Of a stretch of DNA of 64,000 bases, positions 8,894 through 19,587 are shown piece by piece (positions within the stretch are counted from its first letter, which is position 1; the number at the start of each line of letters is the position of its first letter). The translations under genes were made by a program, and so were the position numbers. The stretch lies in assembly GCA_963752595.1 (NCBI GenBank), contig CAVVYZ010000009.1:32001-96000 (forward strand). The letters run 5' to 3'. Under the pieces are notes generated by a model that saw nothing but the letters and a program-made list of their open reading frames with translations, was not told where the DNA came from and searched no databases. This stretch comes from an uncultured delta proteobacterium. GTDB taxonomy: Bacteria; Desulfobacterota; Desulfomonilia; UBA1062.

Positions 8894-10165
8894 ATGAGGA
8901 AAACCTTTTTCAGAAATGTAGGTACGTTCTTTCTCGTTATTATCACCCTGTTCGCAAGTTCAGCCTATACTTATGCGGCGACAGGGCGCCAGTTGGCAGA
9001 GAGCGCAATAGCGGCATTAAAGGCATCAGCACCCACGACTACGACACGGAATGTCCCGACGTTCAACTGGTCGTGGTTTGAGCTCAACTACTCCGACGAG
9101 ACATACCCCCTGACCGTTGATTTTGTCGGCAGCAACTTCCAGTGTGCCCAGAAGGTCGTCTACCTGCTGCCGGGAGGCGGGGTGAATTTCAGGTCGAGCT
9201 TCTTCACGCCGGTCGATGACAACCTTGCCCAATTCTTCCGCAAGGCAGGATATCTCGTTATAGGAATAACCCCCAGGGAAGACAATGTACCATCAGCGCC
9301 TTCCTATGGCTGCATGGCTGATTGGGGCCTGCATAAACATACGAGCGATATCAGGAAGATTATCGGGATAGTCCAGGCAAAGCTCCGTCTGCCTTACAGG
9401 GTAGTCGGCCACTCATTCGGCGCAGCCTATGCCATCGATTATGCAGGATATCCTGTATGCGGCCTCGAAAAGATAATCGCGCTCGACATCTACAGCTTCT
9501 CACCCGATGATGCCGAGGATATCGATAATTCAGACATTTCCTATACTGCCTTCCTGGACCTGATGGGACAGGGCGAATATGCGGATTCCTCCTATTCGGA
9601 TATCAAATCCCTGATGCTCATATCCATGCTCTTCCCGGACATCGATTCCGGGGAATCCCGTGAAGGCCTCGGCTTGCCCGGCAATTTCACCTTCGAGGGA
9701 CTGCTGTACTTCTCCATGATTTTCAGTGCAGACCTCCCGGGCATCCATACCCCGCTCACCGGTCTTGCAGGTGACTGGCCGCTCGTACAGAGCTATGCAG
9801 CAGGCGAATACGCCTTTGCGGAAAACCCGCAGAATGACCAGTACCGCTTAACCTGTTCCCGCATGTCCACCTTAAGGGAAGCAAGCTTCAAGGTCGGAAG
9901 CGGCCTGGTTCCCAGTGCCCTGTACCGGGATTTCTTTGCTGTGAATGCCAATAACGGTGAATGCTCTATCAACTGGGCAGGGATCAATAAGCCGGTCTTA
10001 TGGGTGAATACTGAGCTCGGATACGGCAGCAACATGTACGGTGCAACCTTGATCCAGAATTCCGGGAACAGCAATGTACTCGTCGCGGTTGTACCGGGAT
10101 ACGGCCATCTGGACATCCTTTCGGGCAGGAATGCAAAGGCGGATGTCTGGGGTTGGTTTCTTTAA
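8894..10165 (+). CDS. Secreted alpha/beta hydrolase
   Basis: Signal peptide, GHSFG nucleophile elbow, C-terminal GYGHLD His; SD GAGGAGG. Confidence 0.75.
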   Translation: MRKTFFRNVGTFFLVIITLFASSAYTYAATGRQLAESAIAALKASAPTTTTRNVPTFNWSWFELNYSDETYPLTVDFVGSNFQCAQKVVYLLPGGGVNFRSSFFTPVDDNLAQFFRKAGYLVIGITPREDNVPSAPSYGCMADWGLHKHTSDIRKIIGIVQAKLRLPYRVVGHSFGAAYAIDYAGYPVCGLEKIIALDIYSFSPDDAEDIDNSDISYTAFLDLMGQGEYADSSYSDIKSLMLISMLFPDIDSGESREGLGLPGNFTFEGLLYFSMIFSADLPGIHTPLTGLAGDWPLVQSYAAGEYAFAENPQNDQYRLTCSRMSTLREASFKVGSGLVPSALYRDFFAVNANNGECSINWAGINKPVLWVNTELGYGSNMYGATLIQNSGNSNVLVAVVPGYGHLDILSGRNAKADVWGWFL

Positions 10166-10302
10166 TAACGAATCCAAGCCCCGTATATTGAAACAACCTT
10201 AAAGGATGGATGAACGTCAGGCAGATGGTGTCTGCCTGTTATCTGCCTCCTGCCTGTGCTTTCCTTTTGGTTTCGGCAGCAGATCGGATATCCCAAAAAT
10301 CC

Positions 10303-12288
10303 TCAGGAAACCTTGAAGCGGTCCACACCGCCGGCAAGCCGGCCTGCGGCTGAAAGCATGTTGTCGGCGCTGCCGGCCAGATCCTCGATGGTAGCGACAT
10401 TCCTCTGCGTGACGCTGTCTATCTGGAAGACTGCTTTGTTCAGGTCATCCACACTCCCGGACTGATGCGAGGACACGGCAGCGAACTCTTCTATAGTCCC
10501 GGAGATATCATTGATCTCGCTGATGATGCCCGCAATGGATTCGCTGGTGCTCTTTGCCATCTGGTCGCCGGTCCTGATTTTTTTCACCGTGTCTTCGATA
10601 AGCTGCCGTATTTCGAGCGAAGCTGTCGAAGAGCGCCGTGCCAGTGACCGGACCTCTTCGGCCACGATAGCAAAGCCTTTCCCGTGCTCTCCTGCCCGTG
10701 CTGCTTCGACTGCGGCATTGAGAGCGAGGAGATTGGTCTGGAATGCCACCTCGTTCACCGTCGAGATGATATCGCCGATCTTCTTCGAAGACCGGGAGAT
10801 ATCTTCCATGGCGCTCACCAGAGAGCGCATGGATTCTTCGCTGCTGTCTGCCATTTTCACCATGCTCCTGGTTCTGTCCCTTCCGTGTTCTGCCGATGCG
10901 GCGCTATGCTTGATGGATGTTGTCATGCTCTGTATGGCCTGGGCAACCATCTCAACAGCGGAAGTCATCTCCTGAAGGGAGAACATAAGGCTGTCCGCAT
11001 TGGACGAGACCTCGTGGGAAGACTTGTCTACGTCCCCGGCTGCTTTCTTCACATCAGTGACGATCTCATCGAGCCTGCCGACGAATGCATTGAACCTGCT
11101 CGCAAGTTCTCCCATCTCATCGTTGCTGTGTACGACGAGCCTGGCAGTGAGGTCGCCCTCCCCCGATGAGAGATCATCAAGATTCTCGACAGTCCTGCAT
11201 ACCGGGTTGACAAAGATCATCAGCAAGGCAAATACGGCAAACCCCACGGTACCGAATACGAAGAGGGAAAGCAGGCCGGTTACGAGGTAGAACTGACTGA
11301 ATCTCGGAAGCCTCGAACCGAGATCCGAAGCGATCCCGATCGTGAGATTGCTGCCGGCCGGAATGAAGCAGAGCGACCTTTCATGTATATTCTCATACAT
11401 CGTCTGCGGGTTGCCGCTGCGTACAGCATCACGAATGGATCGATCGATATCCTCCCAGCTCCCGGTGAATACATCGACCCGGGAGGGATTATAGAGCTGC
11501 TCTCCCATGCTGCTCATGAGGAAAGGTTTTCCTATGCCGCTGGAGGCAATCCTGTCGATTACGGGTTTGAGTTCTTCGGCCGTTACCGCATTGCCCATGG
11601 GAGCTATCTCATGCGACACATAGCGTTCAAAGGCGAGCATGTTTTCCTGCATTTCCTCCCTGATACGGGACAGACCCTCATAGAATCCGATCATGGCCAT
11701 CCAGATGATGACGCCGATGCACACGATACAGAAGAGGCAGACGATCTTGGTGCCAAGACGCAAATCATCATGACTGAAGGGGAGTGAGCGAATCTGGAAT
11801 TCGCGGTAAATACTGTTGAACACAGGGTATGTGACGATGCTGAGCCCGCTGTAAAGACAGACCGGAAGCCCCAGGTCTGCAACAATACTGGTCATCCATA
11901 ATCCGGAGGAAGCAATGGGACCGATGTGGTATTCCCGGTAAAAGACATATACGCCGGCATCGAAGAGTATGATCAGACCGACCAGGACCATGCTGAGATA
12001 GTAAGGCAGACGTCTGTTTCTCACACTGACGAACTCCAGATCCCTGTCTTCGAGGGTGCCCTCTTCCATTTTCCTCAGAGCATCATGCACGGGATACGTG
12101 AGAAATGCGGTACACGCCAGGCCGATGGCGAGACACCCGAGCCATATCAGGAATCCCTGGATGGAAAATACCTTCGTCTGGACCGGGGAATTTGACATGA
12201 GATAGAAGCCCGAGATAATCCATCCAAAGTTCACGATGGAATATACTCCTGTAAAGATAAAAAGGACCTTCTGCAGATATCCTTTCAT
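10303..12288 (-). CDS. Methyl-accepting chemotaxis protein
   Basis: QTNLLALNAAVEAARAGEHGKGFAIVAEEVR hairpin tip, HAMP (GDLT...DEMGELA), several N-terminal TMs plus an extracytoplasmic sensor region. Confidence 0.93.
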   Translation of the reverse strand: MKGYLQKVLFIFTGVYSIVNFGWIISGFYLMSNSPVQTKVFSIQGFLIWLGCLAIGLACTAFLTYPVHDALRKMEEGTLEDRDLEFVSVRNRRLPYYLSMVLVGLIILFDAGVYVFYREYHIGPIASSGLWMTSIVADLGLPVCLYSGLSIVTYPVFNSIYREFQIRSLPFSHDDLRLGTKIVCLFCIVCIGVIIWMAMIGFYEGLSRIREEMQENMLAFERYVSHEIAPMGNAVTAEELKPVIDRIASSGIGKPFLMSSMGEQLYNPSRVDVFTGSWEDIDRSIRDAVRSGNPQTMYENIHERSLCFIPAGSNLTIGIASDLGSRLPRFSQFYLVTGLLSLFVFGTVGFAVFALLMIFVNPVCRTVENLDDLSSGEGDLTARLVVHSNDEMGELASRFNAFVGRLDEIVTDVKKAAGDVDKSSHEVSSNADSLMFSLQEMTSAVEMVAQAIQSMTTSIKHSAASAEHGRDRTRSMVKMADSSEESMRSLVSAMEDISRSSKKIGDIISTVNEVAFQTNLLALNAAVEAARAGEHGKGFAIVAEEVRSLARRSSTASLEIRQLIEDTVKKIRTGDQMAKSTSESIAGIISEINDISGTIEEFAAVSSHQSGSVDDLNKAVFQIDSVTQRNVATIEDLAGSADNMLSAAGRLAGGVDRFKVS

Positions 12289-12401
12289 AGAGCAACCCCT
12301 TAAGACCATGGCTTCACATAATAATGTTCCCTGCAGGCAATCTCTGACAGGCAACTAAGTAAAAATCAGTAATTCATTTTTTATACTTTAATTTAAAACT
12401 A

Positions 12402-12426
12402 TTATCGGCACTGACAAATCTCTTCA
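12402..12426 (-). promoter_or_regulatory. Putative sigma28 (FliA) promoter of the MCP gene
   Basis: Perfect GCCGATAA -10 box on the minus strand (12409-12402); degenerate TGAAG -35 with slightly short spacing. Confidence 0.45.
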
Positions 12427-12450
12427 GCATATCACTCTCGAAGACCTTCT

Positions 12451-13443
12451 TCAGGCATGCCCGTGCTCCCGGAACCACTGGATGGAATCCCTGATGGAAT
12501 CCTCGACCGGCCGGAACTCCATTCCGAGCTCCTGCCTTGCTTTCTCATTGTCGAAGTACAGGTATTGGGAAGCATATCTGATCTCTGCAGGCGTGGACAT
12601 GGGCGGGCTGTTGGTGGCATGATCCGAGAGCCATTTCAAAAACAAGGTACCTGCCTTCATGGCCGGAAGCGGGAGCTTGAAGAGCATTCTGCCTTCGAAA
12701 CCGGCTTCCCTGCATACGAGCCGCATGAGATCCTCCGTAGATATGTTGCGGTTGCCGAGGATGTAGAGATTGCCCTGCTTTCCCTTCCTCGCAGCAAGTA
12801 CATGACCCTTTGCCACGTCGCGCACATCAACGATATTGATCCCGCCATTGAAGTATGTCCGGTTGAGGCCCTTGAGAATGTCCACAATGATCTGTCCGGT
12901 CGGAGTCGGCATAATGTCATTCGGCCCGAACGGGAAACACGGGTTCACCACCACGAGATCAAGGCCGTTTGCCGCAAAGCCCAAGGCCTCCTGCTGGGAG
13001 AGATACTTGGTGAGCACATAGTGATTGCCGAGTGTATACTGGTTGAAGGGTGTCTGCTCATTGCCGAGCATCGTGCCCGGCGCAATCCCTATTGCCGCAA
13101 TGGAGCTCGTATACACGACCCGGCCTGTCCCTGCCCGCAAAGAAGCCCACAGGACATTGCGCGAGCCCTGGAGATTCACCTCGTAGATCCTGCGCCAGTC
13201 TTTCATCCAGATAGAGTAGATAGCCGCAAGGTGGAAAATGGTATCTGCATCCTGCACAGCCCTCCAAACTGCAGTGATATCCAGCATATCTCCTTCCATA
13301 ATCTCAACGTCGAGACCGTTGAGATTCGTAATATCTTCACCCGGCCGGGTAAGACACCTTACCTCGACATTCTCAGCCAGGAGCTCTCTGACGACGTTGG
13401 AACCGATGAACCCGGCAGCACCGGTCACTAGGGCCTTTTTCAT
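12451..13443 (-). CDS. Extended SDR NAD-dependent epimerase/dehydratase (dihydroflavonol reductase/HpnA-like)
   Basis: VTGAAGFIG, FHLAA, YTSS and YVLTK motifs. Confidence 0.85.
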   Translation of the reverse strand: MKKALVTGAAGFIGSNVVRELLAENVEVRCLTRPGEDITNLNGLDVEIMEGDMLDITAVWRAVQDADTIFHLAAIYSIWMKDWRRIYEVNLQGSRNVLWASLRAGTGRVVYTSSIAAIGIAPGTMLGNEQTPFNQYTLGNHYVLTKYLSQQEALGFAANGLDLVVVNPCFPFGPNDIMPTPTGQIIVDILKGLNRTYFNGGINIVDVRDVAKGHVLAARKGKQGNLYILGNRNISTEDLMRLVCREAGFEGRMLFKLPLPAMKAGTLFLKWLSDHATNSPPMSTPAEIRYASQYLYFDNEKARQELGMEFRPVEDSIRDSIQWFREHGHA

Positions 13444-13623
13444 GAAAACCTCCCCTTTTGAGCTATGAACGTTTTTGTATTGCAATATTATCATAATACT
13501 TTTTCACCTTTCCGAGTCAATATGTTCAGGGATTGAACCGGGCAATAAGGAACATCGGGGACGACACAGGAAGACCCCCTCTGCACTATCTTAATGCCTG
13601 ACAAGGTATTCATGCGTAATGGA

Positions 13624-13651
13624 TTGACAAAGAAACCGATCTCTTTATATT
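13624..13651 (+). promoter_or_regulatory. Putative sigma70 promoter
   Basis: TTGACA-N16-TATATT 50 bp upstream of ATG 13701. Confidence 0.5.
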
Positions 13652-13700
13652 TGAGAAAAATCGTATTTCCCCTGTTCTCAAGGGGAGATGATGAGGTGAT

Positions 13701-14609
13701 ATGAAAAAAACCATTTGTTGCGTACTCGCATTCCTTTGTCTTTTTCTCTGCTCACCCTTAGCGCAGGCCGAAGGCCTGGTCAAAATTACGGACCGCATCT
13801 ACTCTTATGCCGATACGAAGAACCCCTGCCCTGCCAACAGCTTCGGGGCCAATGCCGGGATCATTATAGGGGATAAGGGCATCCTCGTGGTCGATGCCCT
13901 CGCCTCGGCACAGGAAGCGCAGCGATTCATCAGCGACATCAGGAAGGTATCGGACAAGCCCATCCGCTATGTGGTGGATACGCACAGCCATTTCGACCAT
14001 ACCTTCGGCAATGCCGAGTTTGCTGCACTGGGTGCCGTGATCGTTGCCCAGGACAACTGCACCGAGAACCTGCGGATTTCCTCCCAACAGGTGATCGAGA
14101 AGGCCAAAGACTACGGCATGAGCGATGAAGAAGCAAAAGCCGTAAAAATTGCATACCCCAATGTCACCTTTGCAGGCAAAACACACATCGGCCTGGGAGG
14201 GGTGAACGTGGACCTCCTGTTCATCGCACCTTCCCACACAGGCGACAGCCTCATGGTCTCTGTGCCTGAGGAAAAAGTGGTCTTTGCAGGCGACATCCTC
14301 TTCACGGATTTCTATCCCTACATGGGAGACGGCGATATCCAGGGCTGGATAAAGACCCTTGACCACCTCATGACCCTGGATGCGGACAGAATCATCCCGG
14401 GGCACGGCCCTATCTCAACGAAAAAAGATGTCGCCGGCATGAAGGAATATCTCCTGTCCTTCGACAAGAAGGCTGCAGAACTGTGCGCCAAGTCCGGCGA
14501 TCTCCAGTATATTGCAGCCGAGATCAAAAAATCCATGCCCTTGCGGAGTCAGGGCGATTTCCTTATCATGGGAAGCATCCAGGCAAAGTACCTGAAGGCC
14601 GGGAACTGA
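13701..14609 (+). CDS. Periplasmic MBL-fold metallo-hydrolase (cyclase-like)
   Basis: Signal peptide; THSHFDH, SHT, FAGD and IPGHG motifs. Confidence 0.88.
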   Translation: MKKTICCVLAFLCLFLCSPLAQAEGLVKITDRIYSYADTKNPCPANSFGANAGIIIGDKGILVVDALASAQEAQRFISDIRKVSDKPIRYVVDTHSHFDHTFGNAEFAALGAVIVAQDNCTENLRISSQQVIEKAKDYGMSDEEAKAVKIAYPNVTFAGKTHIGLGGVNVDLLFIAPSHTGDSLMVSVPEEKVVFAGDILFTDFYPYMGDGDIQGWIKTLDHLMTLDADRIIPGHGPISTKKDVAGMKEYLLSFDKKAAELCAKSGDLQYIAAEIKKSMPLRSQGDFLIMGSIQAKYLKAGN

Positions 14610-14623
14610 CGGCAAAGATCTTT

Positions 14624-15244
14624 TCAGCTCACGGGGAAGAACACAAAGATGAGCACATCCCACAGGGAGTGGGAGATGATCAGGGGGATGAGGCTCTGCT
14701 CGTGAAGATAGAGGAGCCCCCAGAAGATGCCGCAGACAAACGCTGCGAGAATGAGCATGAGGTTCAGCGAAAACGCATGGATGAGCGTGTATATGAGAGC
14801 GGTGAAGAGGACTCCCTTTAAAGATCCCAGCTCAACGGAAAGTATCCTCTGAACAAACCCGTGCCAGTATATCTCTTCAGCCGGGCCCATGACAAAAAAC
14901 AGGAGCAGACCGATCATTGACGTGCTGAGCTGCACCTTATTGCTGTAGACCCCTTCGATCTGCCCGGATGCAAAGGGAAGCAGCATGGTGGAGACTTCCC
15001 TCCCCACCCGGAAGATCCCGTACAGGAGAAGCGCCGACCCGATGCCGACGAGGAGATGGCGGGCTTTGAAGGTGAAGAGAGCGGATAGGGCATTCCTGCT
15101 GCAGAACAGGCCGATAGCCGCCAGCGTTGATGCCGAAAACGTCAGCTTATACCAGAAATTGCCTGCAGGAACTGCAAATATGAAAAACCAAAAGCCGAAC
15201 GCAAGCGGTACTGTCAGGAAGATGGGGCGAAGGTTCTCTCTCAT
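14624..15244 (-). CDS. CPBP (CAAX/Abi) family intramembrane glutamic endopeptidase
   Basis: AEEIYWHG, YTLIH and SHSLWD motifs; multi-TM. Confidence 0.85.
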   Translation of the reverse strand: MRENLRPIFLTVPLAFGFWFFIFAVPAGNFWYKLTFSASTLAAIGLFCSRNALSALFTFKARHLLVGIGSALLLYGIFRVGREVSTMLLPFASGQIEGVYSNKVQLSTSMIGLLLFFVMGPAEEIYWHGFVQRILSVELGSLKGVLFTALIYTLIHAFSLNLMLILAAFVCGIFWGLLYLHEQSLIPLIISHSLWDVLIFVFFPVS

Positions 15245-15268
15245 GCAACGAACCAGGCGACCGTTCTC

Positions 15269-16480
15269 TTACGCCGCAGATGCCGCCTTTCTGTTCCTCG
15301 GACCGCGCCTGCCTCTTTGCCCCCTGCCGGAGCTCCCCTTGCGCAGGCTCTTGTCTTTGACAAACAGCGCTTCTTCGGGCCACACCACGGGTATCTTCAT
15401 GCCGAGGTACTTTTCGATGGACTCCAGGCAATAGATGTAGTCCTCGCATGCAAGCGATATGGCCTTTCCATCCTTGCCTGCCCTGGCGGTACGGCCGATG
15501 CGGTGGACATAGTCCTCGCAATCCTCCGGCAGATCGTAGTTGATCACGAGATCGAGATTGTCCACATGCAGGCCCCGGGAAGCCACGTTCGTTGCCACGA
15601 GAATGGGTATATGGCCGTGCTTGATGCCCTCGATGAGCCGGCTCCTCTCCTTCTGCTGGAGATCGCCGGTGATGAATTCGCACGTGATCCCGTTCATACT
15701 GAGGCGCCGTGAGACATTCTCGGCGGTCTGTTTCATATTGGTGAAGACCAGGCAGTTCTTCGGGTTTTCCTTGGCCAGGATCCCCAGGAGGAGGCTCATC
15801 TTTTCCTCATTGCCCACATGGTAGAGCTCCTGGGTGACGGTTTCCACAGTCAGCTTCTGCGGGGCGATCTCGACCTCCATGGGGTCGTTCATGAAGCGCC
15901 AGGCGAGCTCCTTTACCAGGAAACTCAGCGTTGCGCTGAAGAGCATGGTCTGCCTCTTATCGGCAGGCTGCATGGCCTTGAGCATCCTTTTCAGATCGGG
16001 TATGAAGCCCATATCGAAAAGGCGGTCCGCCTCATCAATGACGAGGATGTCTATGTCACGGAAGCTGAGTTTGCGCGACTGGTGGAAGTCCAGCAGCCTG
16101 CCCGGGGTGCCGACGATGATATCCGCCCCCTGCTTGAGCTGCCGCTCCTGAAGGTTGTACCCCACCCCTCCGTAAATGCACGCGACCTTAAAGTCAAGGT
16201 GAGCGCCCAGGAGCTGTGCGTCCGTCTCCACCTGGAGAGCGAGCTCCCGGGTAGGGACGATAATCAAAGCCCTCTTTCCCTTGTTATTCAGGAGATTCTG
16301 GAAGATGGTGACGAGAAATGCTGCGGTCTTGCCCGTACCCGTCTGTGACTGGGCGCATACATCCTTGCCTTTCAGGCTGTGTGCAAATGTTGCTGCCTGG
16401 ACCGATGTACATTCTGAGAAACCCGCATCATTGATGCCGAGCATAATGCGCTCGTCTAGCTGCAATTCAGTAAAAAGCAT
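15269..16480 (-). CDS. DEAD-box RNA helicase (RhlB/RhlE-like)
   Basis: SQTGTGKT, PTRELA, TPGRL, DEAD, SAT, HRIGRTAR; basic C-tail. Confidence 0.95.
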   Translation of the reverse strand: MLFTELQLDERIMLGINDAGFSECTSVQAATFAHSLKGKDVCAQSQTGTGKTAAFLVTIFQNLLNNKGKRALIIVPTRELALQVETDAQLLGAHLDFKVACIYGGVGYNLQERQLKQGADIIVGTPGRLLDFHQSRKLSFRDIDILVIDEADRLFDMGFIPDLKRMLKAMQPADKRQTMLFSATLSFLVKELAWRFMNDPMEVEIAPQKLTVETVTQELYHVGNEEKMSLLLGILAKENPKNCLVFTNMKQTAENVSRRLSMNGITCEFITGDLQQKERSRLIEGIKHGHIPILVATNVASRGLHVDNLDLVINYDLPEDCEDYVHRIGRTARAGKDGKAISLACEDYIYCLESIEKYLGMKIPVVWPEEALFVKDKSLRKGSSGRGQRGRRGPRNRKAASAA

Positions 16481-16832
16481 TGTTACTCCTTGGTAGGTTC
16501 ATTGGTATAGTTATCGACAATGTAAGCCTGATTTCATGAATTATTTATCTTTCTCACCTGTAATAATAGTGTATCTATTCGAAAAGTCAAGAATAAAAGC
16601 ATATTATCGTTATCAGGTATTCCTTCACACCTCCTATTGAGATTCAAAATATGAAATAAGGATTCAAAAAAAGTCAGGTCATGATGCCGGTAGTGAAACA
16701 GGAATTTATCCGGAATGCCCCGGCACTGCCGGCTGGGAAACGGTAAGACGGCGTGCGTTCCTTTTTTCTCCTTTACGGATATCGACAACTCCTTATACTC
16801 ATAACATAATATTTCTCAATTACAATTTCATT

Positions 16833-17918
16833 GCGTATCCGGCGCTTCCGCCGAGAACAGCGACAGAGGGGTTTACGCAAATCTGTTTTTCGGCGGGTTA
16901 CTTCTGGACAACAACCTGGACTATGACCACGATGCCATTGCCGGACTGGGGCTCGGATACAGCTTCACCAAAAACCTCGCTGCAGAGCTTTCCTTCGGGC
17001 AGATGAATACCGAAGAAGACGGCACAGGGGTCGATGAGGATGCATTCGCAAAATTATACCGCCTTGAAGCGCTTTATCATTTAACCTGGCTTGCCCCTTC
17101 ATCCAGGTTTGTTCCGTTCATCGCTGCAGGCCCCGTTGCCTTGAGGCTTCACAGTGATGCAACAGGCAGCACGACCGATTTCGGTGTAGACTACGGCCTG
17201 GGCCTCAAGTATCTATTGAATCCCTCCGTGGATCTGCGGGCTGATGTCCGTCATGTCATAACCTTCAATGAAGACGTAGACACCTGCAGCAGCCTGCTCT
17301 ACACCCTGGGATTCAACTTCCGGTTCGGCTGCAAGGAAAAAGCTGAGAAGGCAGCAGGCGCTGCGCCCGTGAAAGAGGAAGCTCCCGTGAAGACAGCCGA
17401 GCCTGTCGAGGCCGATGGCGACCGTGACGGCGTACTCGACAAGAACGATGCATGCCCGGGTACGCCTTCAGGTTTGCTGTTGACGCAAAAGGCTGTCCGA
17501 AGGACAGTGACGGCGATGGAGTTGCCGATTACCTTGACAAATGCCCGCAGACCCCGAAGGGAACCAAGGTAGAAGCAAATGGATGCCCGGCCCCGAAGGC
17601 TGAAGTCACGAAGCAGGGTACGTACAATTTCGGGAACATCTATTTTGACACAAACAAGGCCATAATCAAGAAGGAGAGTTATCCGGTGCTTCAGGATGTC
17701 ACCACATACATGAACGGCAACCCTGATGTGAAGCTTGAGGTCCAGGGTTATACCGACAACCTCGGATCGAAAGCGCGGTCAAGAACTATCTTGTCGTCAA
17801 AGGCATTGCCGCAGACAGGCTTACTGCAAAAGGATACGGCATGTCGAATCCTGCTGCAACAAATGCAACGAAAGAAGGAAGGGCAAAGAACAGGAGAATC
17901 GATTTCAAGCCTATCTAG
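16833..17918 (+). pseudogene. OmpA/OprF-family protein (beta-barrel + Ca-binding DxDxDG repeats + OmpA C-terminal domain), disrupted
   Basis: Only the end of the signal peptide remains (CVSGASA-E) with no start codon; 1-nt frameshift at ~17472; internal deletion at ~17775 joins DNLGSKA to out-of-frame AVKNYL...GRAKNRRIDF. Confidence 0.8.
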
Positions 17919-17944
17919 CAGCATTACGTAACCCAAACGAAATA

Positions 17945-17993
17945 AGGGGGAGGTTCGGAAGATACTAATCCAAACTTCCCCCTTTGCTTTTTA
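17945..17993 (+). terminator. Probable intrinsic terminator
   Basis: aagggggaggtt...aaacttccccctt stem followed by a T-rich tract. Confidence 0.55.
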
Positions 17994-18015
17994 TCCCAGC
18001 GCTAGCTCTTGAAGG

Positions 18016-19497
18016 CTAAAAAGGCGGCATCCCGGTGACCGAGAAGGAAAATGAAACCGTCAGAGTCGATCCCGGCGCGCAATCCAGGTCCCATGCAAGG
18101 ATGCCTTCATCGTTCGGCTTGGCTGAAGGAGTTGATCCAAGGAGGTCCACCTTGATCGCCTCGTCCTGCGAAAGGGGGATCTGGTCCTTCAACGTGACGC
18201 GAGCCGGCGTTTTCCTGTTGTTCTTGATGGTTATCGTATAGGCATAGGTTGTCCTGTCCTTGCCGGTCAGGGTTTTGTCATGCAAAACCTTTTCCTTCCG
18301 TTCCGCTTTGACCCCTTCGTCCCTTCCCAGGTCCACGGTGATCGCTTCTCCCGGCTGGGCCTGCTTGAGAGAGCCTCTGCCCATGAACTCGCCGTCTACA
18401 AACGCACTGTAGTCCCCCGGCAGAACCGGCGCATTGGCGTTCCACACGGTTTCAGCACGCAGGAACACGCCGTTGCCGGCACGCGGCGCGGTCATCCGCA
18501 GGATTTTCACCGCCTGGGTCTTTTTCTGCAGCATGACCGATCTCTCCGTACCGTCGCCCGGCAGGGTGACGGCCCTGGCAGCACCGATAACATACGAAGC
18601 CGCCGTCTCCTTGACCTGCGCTTCCATGTCCTCGTCCATTGCTTCTTCCCTGGGAGCAGCCGACATCATCGCCTTCGCCGCGAACGCATCCCGGCTGTAT
18701 CGCCTGGGCATGCCGATATTCCACGGAATAAGCTCGGGCGCCTGTACGCCGAAGCCCGGCCTGCCCGTGGCGACTGAAAGCTCCTCTGCCTGCCAGTCAA
18801 TACCGGTTGCCTGCCGTATGACCGCGGTTGTCTCGATCTTCATTTCGCCTTTGGCAGGGTTTGCATACACGGCATATTCCGGCCTCCAGGAACCGTTGGA
18901 TACTGCATAGGATACCTGCACGGTACGGCCTGCATCCGTTTCCACCGCGATCTCGAATCCCTGTTTCCGGGAAATGTTGCCCAGAAGATCCTCGAGATCC
19001 TTTACCTGGAGGGCCAGGGTATCGATCTCGGAACCGAGCGCAATATGCTTCTGATTAAGGCCGCTCACCCGTTCATCGATGAACGATAGGGCTTCGGCCA
19101 GGCGGGCCCGGGAAAAGGCTGCTTCCTTATCCTTTGCTTTCGCAGAGTCGAAGATGATTTCTATCTCCCTCTCCAGTGTCTTCTGCAGGCGTTTTTTTCC
19201 CTCGAGCTCGGCCTTCTTCGAGTTGAGCTGCTCTTTGATCTGTTTCGCCTTGCCGCTCATGAGACGCTTCGGCTCGATGCCCATGGACTTCACCGCGCCC
19301 CCCTGTACGGGCACGACGCTTACGGAGTCACGGATGAGCTCAGGTGGGGCCTCGACAATAATCCTTCCATCGGAAGCCGTCTTCTCGACAGTCAGATATG
19401 CCATATCCCGGTACAGCACGACACGCTTGAAGCTCTCTGCCGAGGCTGATCCTGTCAGGACAAGCAGGATAACGAGCAGTAGAAAGGTCCTCTTCAT
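18016..19497 (-). CDS. MuiA/DUF4139-family protein
   Basis: Signal peptide, VVLYRDMA N-terminal motif, coiled coil, SWRPEY, QATGIDW, LKDQIPLS. Confidence 0.85.
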   Translation of the reverse strand: MKRTFLLLVILLVLTGSASAESFKRVVLYRDMAYLTVEKTASDGRIIVEAPPELIRDSVSVVPVQGGAVKSMGIEPKRLMSGKAKQIKEQLNSKKAELEGKKRLQKTLEREIEIIFDSAKAKDKEAAFSRARLAEALSFIDERVSGLNQKHIALGSEIDTLALQVKDLEDLLGNISRKQGFEIAVETDAGRTVQVSYAVSNGSWRPEYAVYANPAKGEMKIETTAVIRQATGIDWQAEELSVATGRPGFGVQAPELIPWNIGMPRRYSRDAFAAKAMMSAAPREEAMDEDMEAQVKETAASYVIGAARAVTLPGDGTERSVMLQKKTQAVKILRMTAPRAGNGVFLRAETVWNANAPVLPGDYSAFVDGEFMGRGSLKQAQPGEAITVDLGRDEGVKAERKEKVLHDKTLTGKDRTTYAYTITIKNNRKTPARVTLKDQIPLSQDEAIKVDLLGSTPSAKPNDEGILAWDLDCAPGSTLTVSFSFSVTGMPPF

Positions 19498-19587
19498 AAT
19501 ACATCCTCCTCTAAGAAGTTAGCTTGTACGAATGATTGTACCCTAAAAGACCTTTCTTCAATACAAAAAAGACCGGCTTTCCATTAT

